A DNA stretch of 64,000 nt from Patescibacteria group bacterium (GTDB lineage: Bacteria > Patescibacteriota > Minisyncoccia > Minisyncoccales > RBG-13-36-15). Below the pieces are notes generated by a model. It ran no database searches and was not told the DNA's origin. It worked only from the letters and a program-made list of their open reading frames with translations. The number at the start of each line of letters is the position of its first letter. Positions within the stretch are counted from its first letter, which is position 1. Of this stretch, positions 56,219-63,877 are shown in pieces. Location of the stretch: the NCBI GenBank assembly GCA_018609195.1, contig JAHCSE010000001.1, forward strand, positions 9,559-73,558, in the 5' to 3' direction. The position numbers and the translations under genes are program-made.

Positions 56219-57076
56219 TTAAGGAAAAAGAATTTTTGTAAATGGAGTGATGAAAACAGAAGAAAGAATAAGGAAAATTCCGACAATAAGAAGTAGAACG
56301 CCGCTTACTCTTTTGATAGCAACGGTTGATTGGCGAAGACTTTGGAGTAAAGTTTCTTTGGAAAAAGCAATGAGCAGTGATACAACAATCATCAGAAGTG
56401 CCATTACTAATGAATAAACCACAAAAGCCAGAAACGCATCTGAGAAGCCACCTTGAGATAGTGCAAATACAATGAGCCCACCCATGATTGGGCCTCCACA
56501 ACCGATACCAAGTAGTGGATAGCCAAAACCATAGCCATAGAGTTTTCCAAATCCCGCTTGTTTTTCTTCCGGCAATGATTTCGGATGCCATAAATGCCCT
56601 AATCTCCCAAAAGGATTCCCTCTCCCTGTGGCGTGGCTAAAACCAAGATACAGAAGAAACACTCCTACAATGCCACGCAGCCATCTTACTGGTATGCTTG
56701 GGTTTTCTCCTGCAAGCCCTAATGATTTCCCAAAACCAGCTCCTAAAATACCAATGCCAATACCGAGTAAAAGATTAAAGGTGATAAGACCTAATGCTGC
56801 TGCTAATCCAGAGAGGAGTAGTTTCGTTGCTGACTTTTTACTTTCACCTTCTTTTGTTGTGTAGTATTGAGCAAAGTAGGCAGGAAGCAATGGAAAAGCA
56901 CAAGGGTTAAAGAAACTTGCCACTCCTGCAACTACCGCAACAAATAGTAACCCAAAAGCAGCACCTCCCTTCATTATGTTGATAACAAACCAGATAAATA
57001 ACCCATACCCGCCTGCTACCAAAACAAAAATAATAAAAAAAAGAAAAATGAGCTTGCTCCAATCTTTTAACGACAT
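56219..57076 (-). CDS. CcdA/DsbD-family membrane protein (paralog of 51942..52799)
   Basis: 285 aa; FNPCAFPLLPAY, GIGCGGPIMGG. Confidence 0.75.
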   Translation of the reverse strand: MSLKDWSKLIFLFFIIFVLVAGGYGLFIWFVINIMKGGAAFGLLFVAVVAGVASFFNPCAFPLLPAYFAQYYTTKEGESKKSATKLLLSGLAAALGLITFNLLLGIGIGILGAGFGKSLGLAGENPSIPVRWLRGIVGVFLLYLGFSHATGRGNPFGRLGHLWHPKSLPEEKQAGFGKLYGYGFGYPLLGIGCGGPIMGGLIVFALSQGGFSDAFLAFVVYSLVMALLMIVVSLLIAFSKETLLQSLRQSTVAIKRVSGVLLLIVGIFLILSSVFITPFTKILFP

Positions 57077-57369
57077 AGCTTTTTGCAGAATTTGTTAATA
57101 TGCTTATCCATTAACCCAAGAAGCGGCTTTGTTGTTTCTTTGTTTAGAGTATAAATGCGTTCTTTTCCATTTCTTTCCATGCTTACAAAACCACATTTTT
57201 GAAGCCGTCCTAAGTGATGCGAGACAAGACTTTGCTCATAGCCAAGTTTCTTGGCAATAGCAGTTACATTTAGCTTTCCTTTTCGAAGCAAATGGATAAT
57301 ATCCCACCTTGTTTTATTCCCCAGGGTTTCAAAAAAGATTTTATATGGTTCGCGAATAATTCTCTTCAT
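57067..57369 (-). CDS. ArsR/SmtB-family regulator
   Basis: 100 aa; wHTH IAKKLGYEQSLVSHHLGRLQKCGFV. Confidence 0.8.
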   Translation of the reverse strand: MKRIIREPYKIFFETLGNKTRWDIIHLLRKGKLNVTAIAKKLGYEQSLVSHHLGRLQKCGFVSMERNGKERIYTLNKETTKPLLGLMDKHINKFCKKLCR

Positions 57370-57453
57370 AGTATGAATTATATTTCATATGAAACTTATG
57401 TCAAGTGTATTTTTCCACAAGAGTTCTCATTGTTTTGTTTTGTATAGAGATAT

Positions 57454-57476
57454 AAAAAACCGCCTTCTCGACGATT
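57454..57476 (-). terminator. Conserved terminator hairpin repeat (copy 5)
   Basis: AAAAAACCGCCTTCTCGACGATT. Confidence 0.55.
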
Positions 57477-57514
57477 GATTAAGATTTCAGCCTACCCTGT
57501 TGCTCCCTATTTCT

Positions 57515-57700
57515 TTAGCTCTCTGACTTCTCAAGGAAAGCAGGTTCTTTCACAGCGTGCTCGGTAATCTCAAGGTTACAGCTTTTGTGTTCCAAGCACC
57601 AAGCCTCGCATTTCTCTGCCCACTCTTTTTCTCTATAAGTAAAACCGCACTCTCTGCACTGGTAATACGTTTTATTGTTTTGAGTAATAACTTTTGGCAT
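57515..57700 (-). CDS. Small Cys-rich protein (61 aa)
   Basis: YYQCRECGFTYREKEWAEKCEAWCLEHKSCNLEI; paralog of 52897..53064. Confidence 0.5.
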   Translation of the reverse strand: MPKVITQNNKTYYQCRECGFTYREKEWAEKCEAWCLEHKSCNLEITEHAVKEPAFLEKSES

Positions 57701-57729
57701 AAATCACTTATATAAAAAGCAAAAGTAAA

Positions 57730-58107
57730 TTATTCATTACTTCTTCTCCAAAATCTAAAATTTTCTGGCCAGGCACTAATCGCTAAAGCCAAGGCTGCAG
57801 TAAATAATCCAATATCGCGAACTGTAATTGTATTAATACCAGAGACTGTAAGAACGGTGACTAAGTGCAAAGCTCCAAGAAGTGCTGCTAACCAAGTGAA
57901 GTAATCTATTAAAAGCAAAGCACCAATAATAATATCAAAAAGGGCTGTTCCAATCATTACTCCTTTTAAGGAGATTGGTAAAAGATTAGCTGCCCAGGGT
58001 TGCACGTAGCCTCCCCACCCTACTGGGTCCCGTAAAATGAGAATGCCAATCCACAAGAAAGTAATGGCCATTCCCACTCGTAATATGTGAAATGCACTTG
58101 ATTTCAT
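57730..58107 (-). CDS. DoxX-family membrane protein
   Basis: 125 aa, 4 TM. Confidence 0.55.
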   Translation of the reverse strand: MKSSAFHILRVGMAITFLWIGILILRDPVGWGGYVQPWAANLLPISLKGVMIGTALFDIIIGALLLIDYFTWLAALLGALHLVTVLTVSGINTITVRDIGLFTAALALAISAWPENFRFWRRSNE

Positions 58108-58175
58108 AAATAATACTAGATTTTAAAGAATATGAACTTTATCTTCGATAAAGACCGTATAATTTTCGTTTCGCT

Positions 58176-58589
58176 TCAAATTATAAGCTCGCTAATTAAT
58201 ACAATAAGTCCCATAGCAAAAACGGTAAAGGCAGACAGTACACACCAAAAACACCAAGCTTTGATAACCCGCCATTGAAGATAGGTCAAAATGATTGATA
58301 TAACTACTCCAGCTCCAATAAGAATCTTTACCAACATATCCCAAAAGATCAGTGGTTCAACCCCAATTATCAAAAAAGCAGTGAAAAGGGAAATTAAAAC
58401 ATAAAATGTAAATCCCAAAACTTCATTATGAATACCAATAATTTTATTGTACTTACTTCCCAAGACTTCATAGCACTCCTCGCCGAAAATACAGACAGGT
58501 TCCTCTTTTGCTATTCTTTTACGAATTAAATAAACTGTCTCTGAAATACCTATGGCGGCGAGTGTGAAAAGAAGGGCATGTGGAGTCAT
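58176..58589 (-). CDS. Vitamin K epoxide reductase (VKOR)-family membrane oxidoreductase
   Basis: 137 aa; loop Cys pair CIFGEEC and TM active site CFWC. Confidence 0.7.
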   Translation of the reverse strand: MTPHALLFTLAAIGISETVYLIRKRIAKEEPVCIFGEECYEVLGSKYNKIIGIHNEVLGFTFYVLISLFTAFLIIGVEPLIFWDMLVKILIGAGVVISIILTYLQWRVIKAWCFWCVLSAFTVFAMGLIVLISELII

Positions 58590-58594
58590 GGTTG

Positions 58595-58810
58595 TTATTT
58601 TCGCTCTTGATCACGGTGGATGAGCGTCCCTACACCAAAGGCAATGGAAACAAGTAATAATGTTATTGCGTCATTGTAAAAATCTCCTTGAGACAATCCA
58701 AGAAAAGTGCCATACGTTCTCACAATCCAAGCGCCAAAGAGCGATAATATGCCTAAAATTCCAGAAATCATGGCAACGTGGTGTAAAATTGGTGACCATT
58801 TCATATTCAT
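58595..58810 (-). CDS. Small membrane protein
   Basis: 71 aa, 2 TM. Confidence 0.35.
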   Translation of the reverse strand: MNMKWSPILHHVAMISGILGILSLFGAWIVRTYGTFLGLSQGDFYNDAITLLLVSIAFGVGTLIHRDQERK

Positions 58811-58917
58811 AGAATGTATCTAATAAATTTACGTTTAGGCCTGCCTGCCCCGTAGGGAAGCGAAGCTTCTCCTTCGGGGCTTAATCTTACAGGCCATTTA
58901 TTGTTCAATAGGGTCTC

Positions 58918-59703
58918 CTATTTTTCATTTCCCTCGTTCTTGTTCTCTTCTGGTAATTTTTTGCCAAATCTTTCAAAGGCTCTAAGAATTTCCAAAGGCA
59001 CAGCAAAAATAATCGTATTTGATTTATCAGAGCTTATATCATTGATTGATTGAAGAGTTCTTAAATGAAGGGCTCCCTTAGCCTCAGATAGAGTCCGGGC
59101 AGCTTTTGCCAGATTACCGGAGGCAATTACTTCTCCTGCGGCCTTAATAATTATTGCTCTTTTTTCCCTTTCTGCTTCAGCTTGCTTTCCAATTACCCTC
59201 TTCATTCCTTCTGGTAAAGTTATATCTTTTAATTCCACATTGAGAACTTTAATTCCCCAAGGATCGGTAGCCTTATCTATAATGCTTCTTATGTTTTCTG
59301 AAACCCTGTCTCTTTGAGAAAGGAGGCCATCTAAATCTACTTGACCTACGGCATTTCGCATTGTTGTTTGGGCTAACTGAGAAATGGCAAAGAAAAAATC
59401 CTCTACTTCCAAAACTGCCTTATCAGCTTCTTGGACTTTATAATAGATAACAGCATTAACCCTAACTGAGATATTATCCTTGGTAATTGCCTCCTGATCT
59501 GGTACATCTACCGCCTTTACTCTTAAATCTATTTTTCGATAAAACTGAACAATAGGCAAAACTATTCTCCAGCCAGGTTCCATCAAACCGATATACTTAC
59601 CCAGCATAAACTTAACTCCCTTTTGATACTGATTAATCTGCTTAATGGAGGTTAAAATAATCAAGACAATTATTGCTAAAATTACCCAACCTATATTTGG
59701 CAT
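58918..59703 (-). CDS. SPFH/band-7 (stomatin/prohibitin-like) protein
   Basis: 261 aa; N-terminal TM then SPFH core. Confidence 0.8.
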   Translation of the reverse strand: MPNIGWVILAIIVLIILTSIKQINQYQKGVKFMLGKYIGLMEPGWRIVLPIVQFYRKIDLRVKAVDVPDQEAITKDNISVRVNAVIYYKVQEADKAVLEVEDFFFAISQLAQTTMRNAVGQVDLDGLLSQRDRVSENIRSIIDKATDPWGIKVLNVELKDITLPEGMKRVIGKQAEAEREKRAIIIKAAGEVIASGNLAKAARTLSEAKGALHLRTLQSINDISSDKSNTIIFAVPLEILRAFERFGKKLPEENKNEGNEK

Positions 59704-59723
59704 ATTTTTTTGAAGTTAATTAA

Positions 59724-60359
59724 TTATTCGACCTTTAAGGAACCCAGCATTCCATTGGCGCGGTGACCAGGGATAGCACAATAATACTCAAAGGTACCTA
59801 GCTTATCGGGTATGAAAGAGACAGTTTTCGATCCAGTACCATAGTAACCACCAGATAGTGAGTAGTTAACTCCTAGTTCATCGATAGTAAAAGTATGGGT
59901 GCCAGAGATGGAAAAGTTAATCTTAAGTTCTTGTCCTTTTTGAACCGTTGCTGAATTTGGAATAAACGCAAAGTTGCGTGCCGTCATTGAAATCTCTTTA
60001 GTTGGAAGTGGCTCAGGAGTAGGTTCAGGTTCAGGGGTTGGCTCAGGCTCTGGAGTAGGTTCTTGCATAGGTTCAGGTTCAGACTCTGGTTCTGGGGTTG
60101 GTTCGGGTGTAATCATCTGTTCTTCTGTCAGTGCTGGAGCGATTGCCTCTTCTTCATCTGGGAGAGACACCTCCTCGGGTGGACTAGGAATTTGTTCTCC
60201 TGGGGCGACTTTTTCTGGTGCTAGAGGCCCGGTTGGAGTTGGAGTTGGGGCTTGATAACCTCCTTTTAAAATAAAATATCCACCCACAATGACTGCAAAC
60301 GCCACCGCTGCAATAATAATACCCCACGTTACTTTATCCATATATTCCCTACCTTTCAA
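59724..60359 (-). CDS. Membrane-anchored cupredoxin with a Pro/Glu/Thr-rich repeat linker
   Basis: YYCAIPGHRANGMLG copper site; linker (PEPT/PEPE) repeats. Confidence 0.7.
   Translation of the reverse strand: MKGREYMDKVTWGIIIAAVAFAVIVGGYFILKGGYQAPTPTPTGPLAPEKVAPGEQIPSPPEEVSLPDEEEAIAPALTEEQMITPEPTPEPESEPEPMQEPTPEPEPTPEPEPTPEPLPTKEISMTARNFAFIPNSATVQKGQELKINFSISGTHTFTIDELGVNYSLSGGYYGTGSKTVSFIPDKLGTFEYYCAIPGHRANGMLGSLKVE
59728..59739 (-). promoter_or_regulatory. AAAGGTCGAA motif (site 8), ~27 nt upstream of the SPFH gene
   Basis: TTCGACCTTTAA. Confidence 0.4.
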
Positions 60360-60891
60360 TAAATTCTTTTATTTTATCTTCATCAAAACCATCTAAAATT
60401 TCTCTTTTGTTAAGCTTGGTTAAGATAATTTTCCCATCATAATTATTGGGAGCTAAATAAACATTGTCTGGGTATTGTTTTACTAAAGCTGTGATCTTTT
60501 CTATTAAACCTAATTTACACTTAAACTTATCACAGTTGTATTGAATGATAACTCCTGGTTTGCCTCTGCCATCGGCATGCTCTAACATGTGTTTTTGGAT
60601 GACTTCTGGTATAGGTTGCGAAAGAATGTGAGCTGGGGGTATTGCTTCTGAATGATTAAGGAGTGTCGTTGGAGGTAAATCAGGACTGCTGGTTAAAAAC
60701 CATCCTAAACCAAAAATTCCTCCTCCTATCACCAAGACAATTAAGCTTAAATTTAGTGTCTTTTTAAATCGCAGTCTCCGTCTTCCCCCCTCTTGTTCTT
60801 TTTGTCTAAGTTTTCTTTTGAGAAGTCGACGCTCTTTTTTTGTCAGTTGTTGATCCTCAACGAGAACCTTGTTTTTCTCTAATTCCTCCAT
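60349..60891 (-). CDS. Membrane-anchored hypothetical protein (DUF3105-like?)
   Basis: 180 aa; HMLEHADGRGKPGVIIQY. Confidence 0.45.
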   Translation of the reverse strand: MEELEKNKVLVEDQQLTKKERRLLKRKLRQKEQEGGRRRLRFKKTLNLSLIVLVIGGGIFGLGWFLTSSPDLPPTTLLNHSEAIPPAHILSQPIPEVIQKHMLEHADGRGKPGVIIQYNCDKFKCKLGLIEKITALVKQYPDNVYLAPNNYDGKIILTKLNKREILDGFDEDKIKEFIER

Positions 60892-60917
60892 TTTCCTTTA
60901 AGTAAAACCGGATCCTT

Positions 60918-61613
60918 TTATTTCAGATCAGCCAATGCCTGATCTACTGCGGCCTTGAAGGTTGAGTAAGGAACTGCTCCAGGAATGGATCGCCCATTTA
61001 CAAAACTTCCCGGAGTCCCTCTTACTCCTGTCTTTATCCCCTCTTGATAATCAGCGGCTACCTTATCTTTGTATTTTCTGGAAGAAAAACAACTATTAAA
61101 CTGATCTATATTAAGCCCGAGATTTCCTGCTAATTCTTGATAAAGTGCTTTTCCCAATCTGGATTGATTTTCAAATGCGCCATCTACAAACTGCCAAAAT
61201 CCATCATTTCCCGTTTGTTCCCAGACGCACTCGGATGCTTCAGCTGCAGGGGTTGCCTGAGGATGAATTTGGTCTAAAGGAAAGTGCTTGTACACCCAAC
61301 GGACTTGACCGGAATACTCTGCCAAAATCTGCTTCAGAGTGGGATGAAGTCTATCGCAAAATGGACACTCAAGATCAGAATATTCAACAATAGTTACGGG
61401 GGCCTCAAAATCTCCTCGGATATGATCTTTCTCGGAAATAGTAAGCGTTCCTCCTGGACTTCCTTTTTGAGACTCTGTTTGAGAAATATCAGCCTGCGAT
61501 TTTTGAGTTAATCCAGTGGATTGTTGAGGGCTTTTTGTATAAATCAAAGCTCCAACAATCAGTAAAGCACCTACAATTATTGAGACTGGTAAATATAATT
61601 TTTCTCCTCTCAT
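60918..61613 (-). CDS. DsbA-family thiol:disulfide oxidoreductase
   Basis: 231 aa; signal anchor; SDLECPFCDRLH. Confidence 0.75.
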   Translation of the reverse strand: MRGEKLYLPVSIIVGALLIVGALIYTKSPQQSTGLTQKSQADISQTESQKGSPGGTLTISEKDHIRGDFEAPVTIVEYSDLECPFCDRLHPTLKQILAEYSGQVRWVYKHFPLDQIHPQATPAAEASECVWEQTGNDGFWQFVDGAFENQSRLGKALYQELAGNLGLNIDQFNSCFSSRKYKDKVAADYQEGIKTGVRGTPGSFVNGRSIPGAVPYSTFKAAVDQALADLK

Positions 61614-61637
61614 AGATTTATTTGAATAAAGTATAAT

Positions 61638-61649
61638 CCGACCTTTTCC
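61638..61649 (-). promoter_or_regulatory. AAAGGTCGG motif (site 9), ~27 nt upstream of dsbA-like gene, adjacent to hairpin
   Basis: CCGACCTTTTCC then CCCCCACCACTTTT...AAAAGTGGTGGGGG (61650..61715). Confidence 0.45.
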
Positions 61650-61730
61650 CCCACCACTTTTTGATTCGCTTCGCGAATGAGTCCATGAATATATCCAAAA
61701 GTGGTGGGGGATTTTTATCTCATATCAACT

Positions 61731-62225
61731 TTACCAAGTATTTTTAATCTTGGCAAGCCCGCCTAAGTTTTTTTTCAAAAAATTTGGGTGGGCAAGGATT
61801 TTTGAAATAGCCTCCCTTGGTCTAATTTTATCTGTATTTATAGAAAGATCAGGTTTTAAAGGTTTTTCCATTTCTCGGTTTAAAATGTGAATAACTTTAT
61901 CTGGAAGGCTTGGCTTCCTTTCTTTATTTCTTTTGAGACAAGTTTCTAAAGAGCAATAAAGATAAATAGTTAAAGCTTTCTTTGAATTTACTAATTTGTA
62001 CACCATATTTTGCCACTTTCTTTTATAAAAAGTGGCATCAATTAAAAGAAAATCTACCTTGTTTTTATTCTCCTTAACAATTTTCCCAATTTTTTCGTAG
62101 ATTCTGCCTGAAATTTTATCAGAGGAGAAAAGCTTTACAGTCCCGAGCTTTTGGAGTTTTCTGGCCAAAAGCCGAGCAATAGTCGATTTTCCCACGCCGG
62201 GAATTCCAGAAAAAATTATAATCAT
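61731..62225 (-). CDS. Small P-loop NTPase/kinase (AAA_33/KTI12-like)
   Basis: 164 aa; IIFSGIPGVGKST. Confidence 0.55.
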   Translation of the reverse strand: MIIIFSGIPGVGKSTIARLLARKLQKLGTVKLFSSDKISGRIYEKIGKIVKENKNKVDFLLIDATFYKRKWQNMVYKLVNSKKALTIYLYCSLETCLKRNKERKPSLPDKVIHILNREMEKPLKPDLSINTDKIRPREAISKILAHPNFLKKNLGGLAKIKNTW

Positions 62226-62337
62226 AATATTTTAAATCTGCCAAAATCATTCATATCTTAGGGCATCGGCTGGTTTAAATCTGGCTGCTCGGATTTATTT
62301 ATACAAAGTCTGCTCCTCTACGATGCGAAACTAGAGG

Positions 62338-62664
62338 CTATTTTAATTCTCCTTTTATCCAATTGATATAATCTTTGTTCATGCCTTTAATTTCAATAAA
62401 CCCAATAAAGGGAAGCTTGTCTGAATGAAGTCTTTTTACTTCCTTTGCCACCAAATTATATTTCTCTTTGAAGGTTTCAATAATTAAAGTGGCCCCTTTC
62501 GCTTTCTCAATCTTTCCACTTTTTGGGGGCCAATAGTAAACAGCCAAGTGCCGGGGAATGATATCAAAACAAACTGAGGACCTCTTTTTTAATATTTTCT
62601 CCCCTATGAATTTTGCTTCTTTTATACTATTGCAATTGACTAAAATCCAAATTACTTGAGTCAT
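62338..62664 (-). CDS. cutA: Divalent-cation tolerance protein CutA (start at internal Met; ORF extends to 62775)
   Basis: SVCFDIIP...AVYYWPPKSGKIEKAKGATLIIET...LHSDKLPFIGFIEIKG...YINWIKGE. Confidence 0.7.
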   Translation of the reverse strand: MTQVIWILVNCNSIKEAKFIGEKILKKRSSVCFDIIPRHLAVYYWPPKSGKIEKAKGATLIIETFKEKYNLVAKEVKRLHSDKLPFIGFIEIKGMNKDYINWIKGELK

Positions 62665-62668
62665 AAAA

Positions 62669-63346
62669 TTAACGTGATGTAAACCAACGATTGGCAGCAG
62701 GAGGATAGATTTTTGTGAGAGGGTGAGATTTACAATCGTGCGATCTCGCAGGACAAATTTTTCTTCCATAGTCAATCATCCGATAGGTAAAATCGGACCA
62801 TTCTTTTTTTGGTAAAATTCTCATGAGATCTTTTTCGATCTTATCTGGATTTTTTGAGTCGGTTAAATCAAATTTTAAGGAAAGGCGCCTTACATGTGTA
62901 TCAACAGCTATCCCCTCTACTATTCCGTAAACATTACCTAAGACAATGTTTGCAGTCTTTCTGCCAATTCCAGGAAGCTGAGTTAATTCCTCCATACTTT
63001 TTGGAATCTTTCCTTTGTACTTTTCTTTAATAATTTTGGCAGTTGAAAGTATATTTTTTGCTTTCGTTTTATAAAGTCCTATTTCTCTGATATCTGCTTC
63101 AAATTCTTTCAAATTAGCTTTTGCATAATTATCAAGAGTTTTGTATTTTTGAAAAAGACTTTTCGTAACCTCATTAACTTTTTTATCAGTCGTTTGGGCA
63201 GACAAAACTACAGTTACCAGCAGCGCCCAATTGTTTTTATAATGTAAAGCAATTTTTGTTTTAGGAAATAATCTTTTTAACTCTTTCACAATTTTTAAAA
63301 TTCTTTCTTTTCTCTCTTGAAATTTTTTATCCTCTTTAGCGTTCAT
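62669..63346 (-). CDS. nth: Endonuclease III (Nth) with degenerate Fe-S motif
   Basis: 225 aa; HhH-GPD LPGIGRKTA; only CPARSHDC retained at C-terminus. Confidence 0.8.
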   Translation of the reverse strand: MNAKEDKKFQERKERILKIVKELKRLFPKTKIALHYKNNWALLVTVVLSAQTTDKKVNEVTKSLFQKYKTLDNYAKANLKEFEADIREIGLYKTKAKNILSTAKIIKEKYKGKIPKSMEELTQLPGIGRKTANIVLGNVYGIVEGIAVDTHVRRLSLKFDLTDSKNPDKIEKDLMRILPKKEWSDFTYRMIDYGRKICPARSHDCKSHPLTKIYPPAANRWFTSR

Positions 63347-63386
63347 TCTCTTTTATTGTATTGGAATTTTAATTCCGATACAACAC

Positions 63387-63510
63387 AGGAGGGGTCGGGA
63401 GGATTGGGTATCCTCCCGTATAGGAAAACAGGCTTTCAGGTGAGCGAAGCGAAGACTGAAAACGTTAGAAACCGTGGGTGTCTAAAGAACATGGTGCCGA
63501 GCGTTAGCGA
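63387..63510 (-). repeat. GC-rich structured element family A, copy A5 in inverted orientation
   Basis: Reverse complement reads ...GGTTTCTAACG..CGCTTCGCTCAC..CTGTTTTCCTATACGGGAGGATACCCAATCCTCCCGACCCCTCCTG. Confidence 0.75.
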
Positions 63511-63544
63511 GGTCTATGTTCTTATACCGCATTTTATTCACAAA

Positions 63545-63575
63545 CAAAAAAGACCCGAAACGGGTCTTTGAAATA
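63545..63575 (-). terminator. Rho-independent terminator (minus strand)
   Basis: AGACCCG-UUUC-GGGUCUUUUUUGUUUG on minus strand. Confidence 0.6.
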
Positions 63576-63583
63576 CTGGCCAA

Positions 63584-63877
63584 TTACTTGTAGAGAGAAT
63601 CAATTGCATCACTTTCCCCTGTCCAATACTCTTTATACCAAGTTTGGAATAAAATTGGGAATTGCTCGGCAAAAATTTCGGCGATTTTCATAGCATACCG
63701 GCGGTGTTCCTCTTGGGCATGCCAATCACAGCGCAGGTTGAGAAAGTTAAAGAGCTCTATTCCATCGCTGTTGCGCAAAACTTGAACATAAAAACAGTAA
63801 GGAAGGAATCGTTCAGCGTACTTTGGAGGTATCCCCTTTAGTAAAAATTCTCCATAGCGGTTTCTCCGCTCTTCCAC
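63584..63877 (-). CDS. Hypothetical protein
   Basis: 97-aa ORF; no motif recognised. Confidence 0.4.
   Translation of the reverse strand: MEERRNRYGEFLLKGIPPKYAERFLPYCFYVQVLRNSDGIELFNFLNLRCDWHAQEEHRRYAMKIAEIFAEQFPILFQTWYKEYWTGESDAIDSLYK

Noticed and set aside
59974-60255. + strand ORF full of GSGVGSGS repeats
   Set aside because: It is the antisense reading of the PEPTPEPE linker of the cupredoxin gene, a low-complexity artefact.
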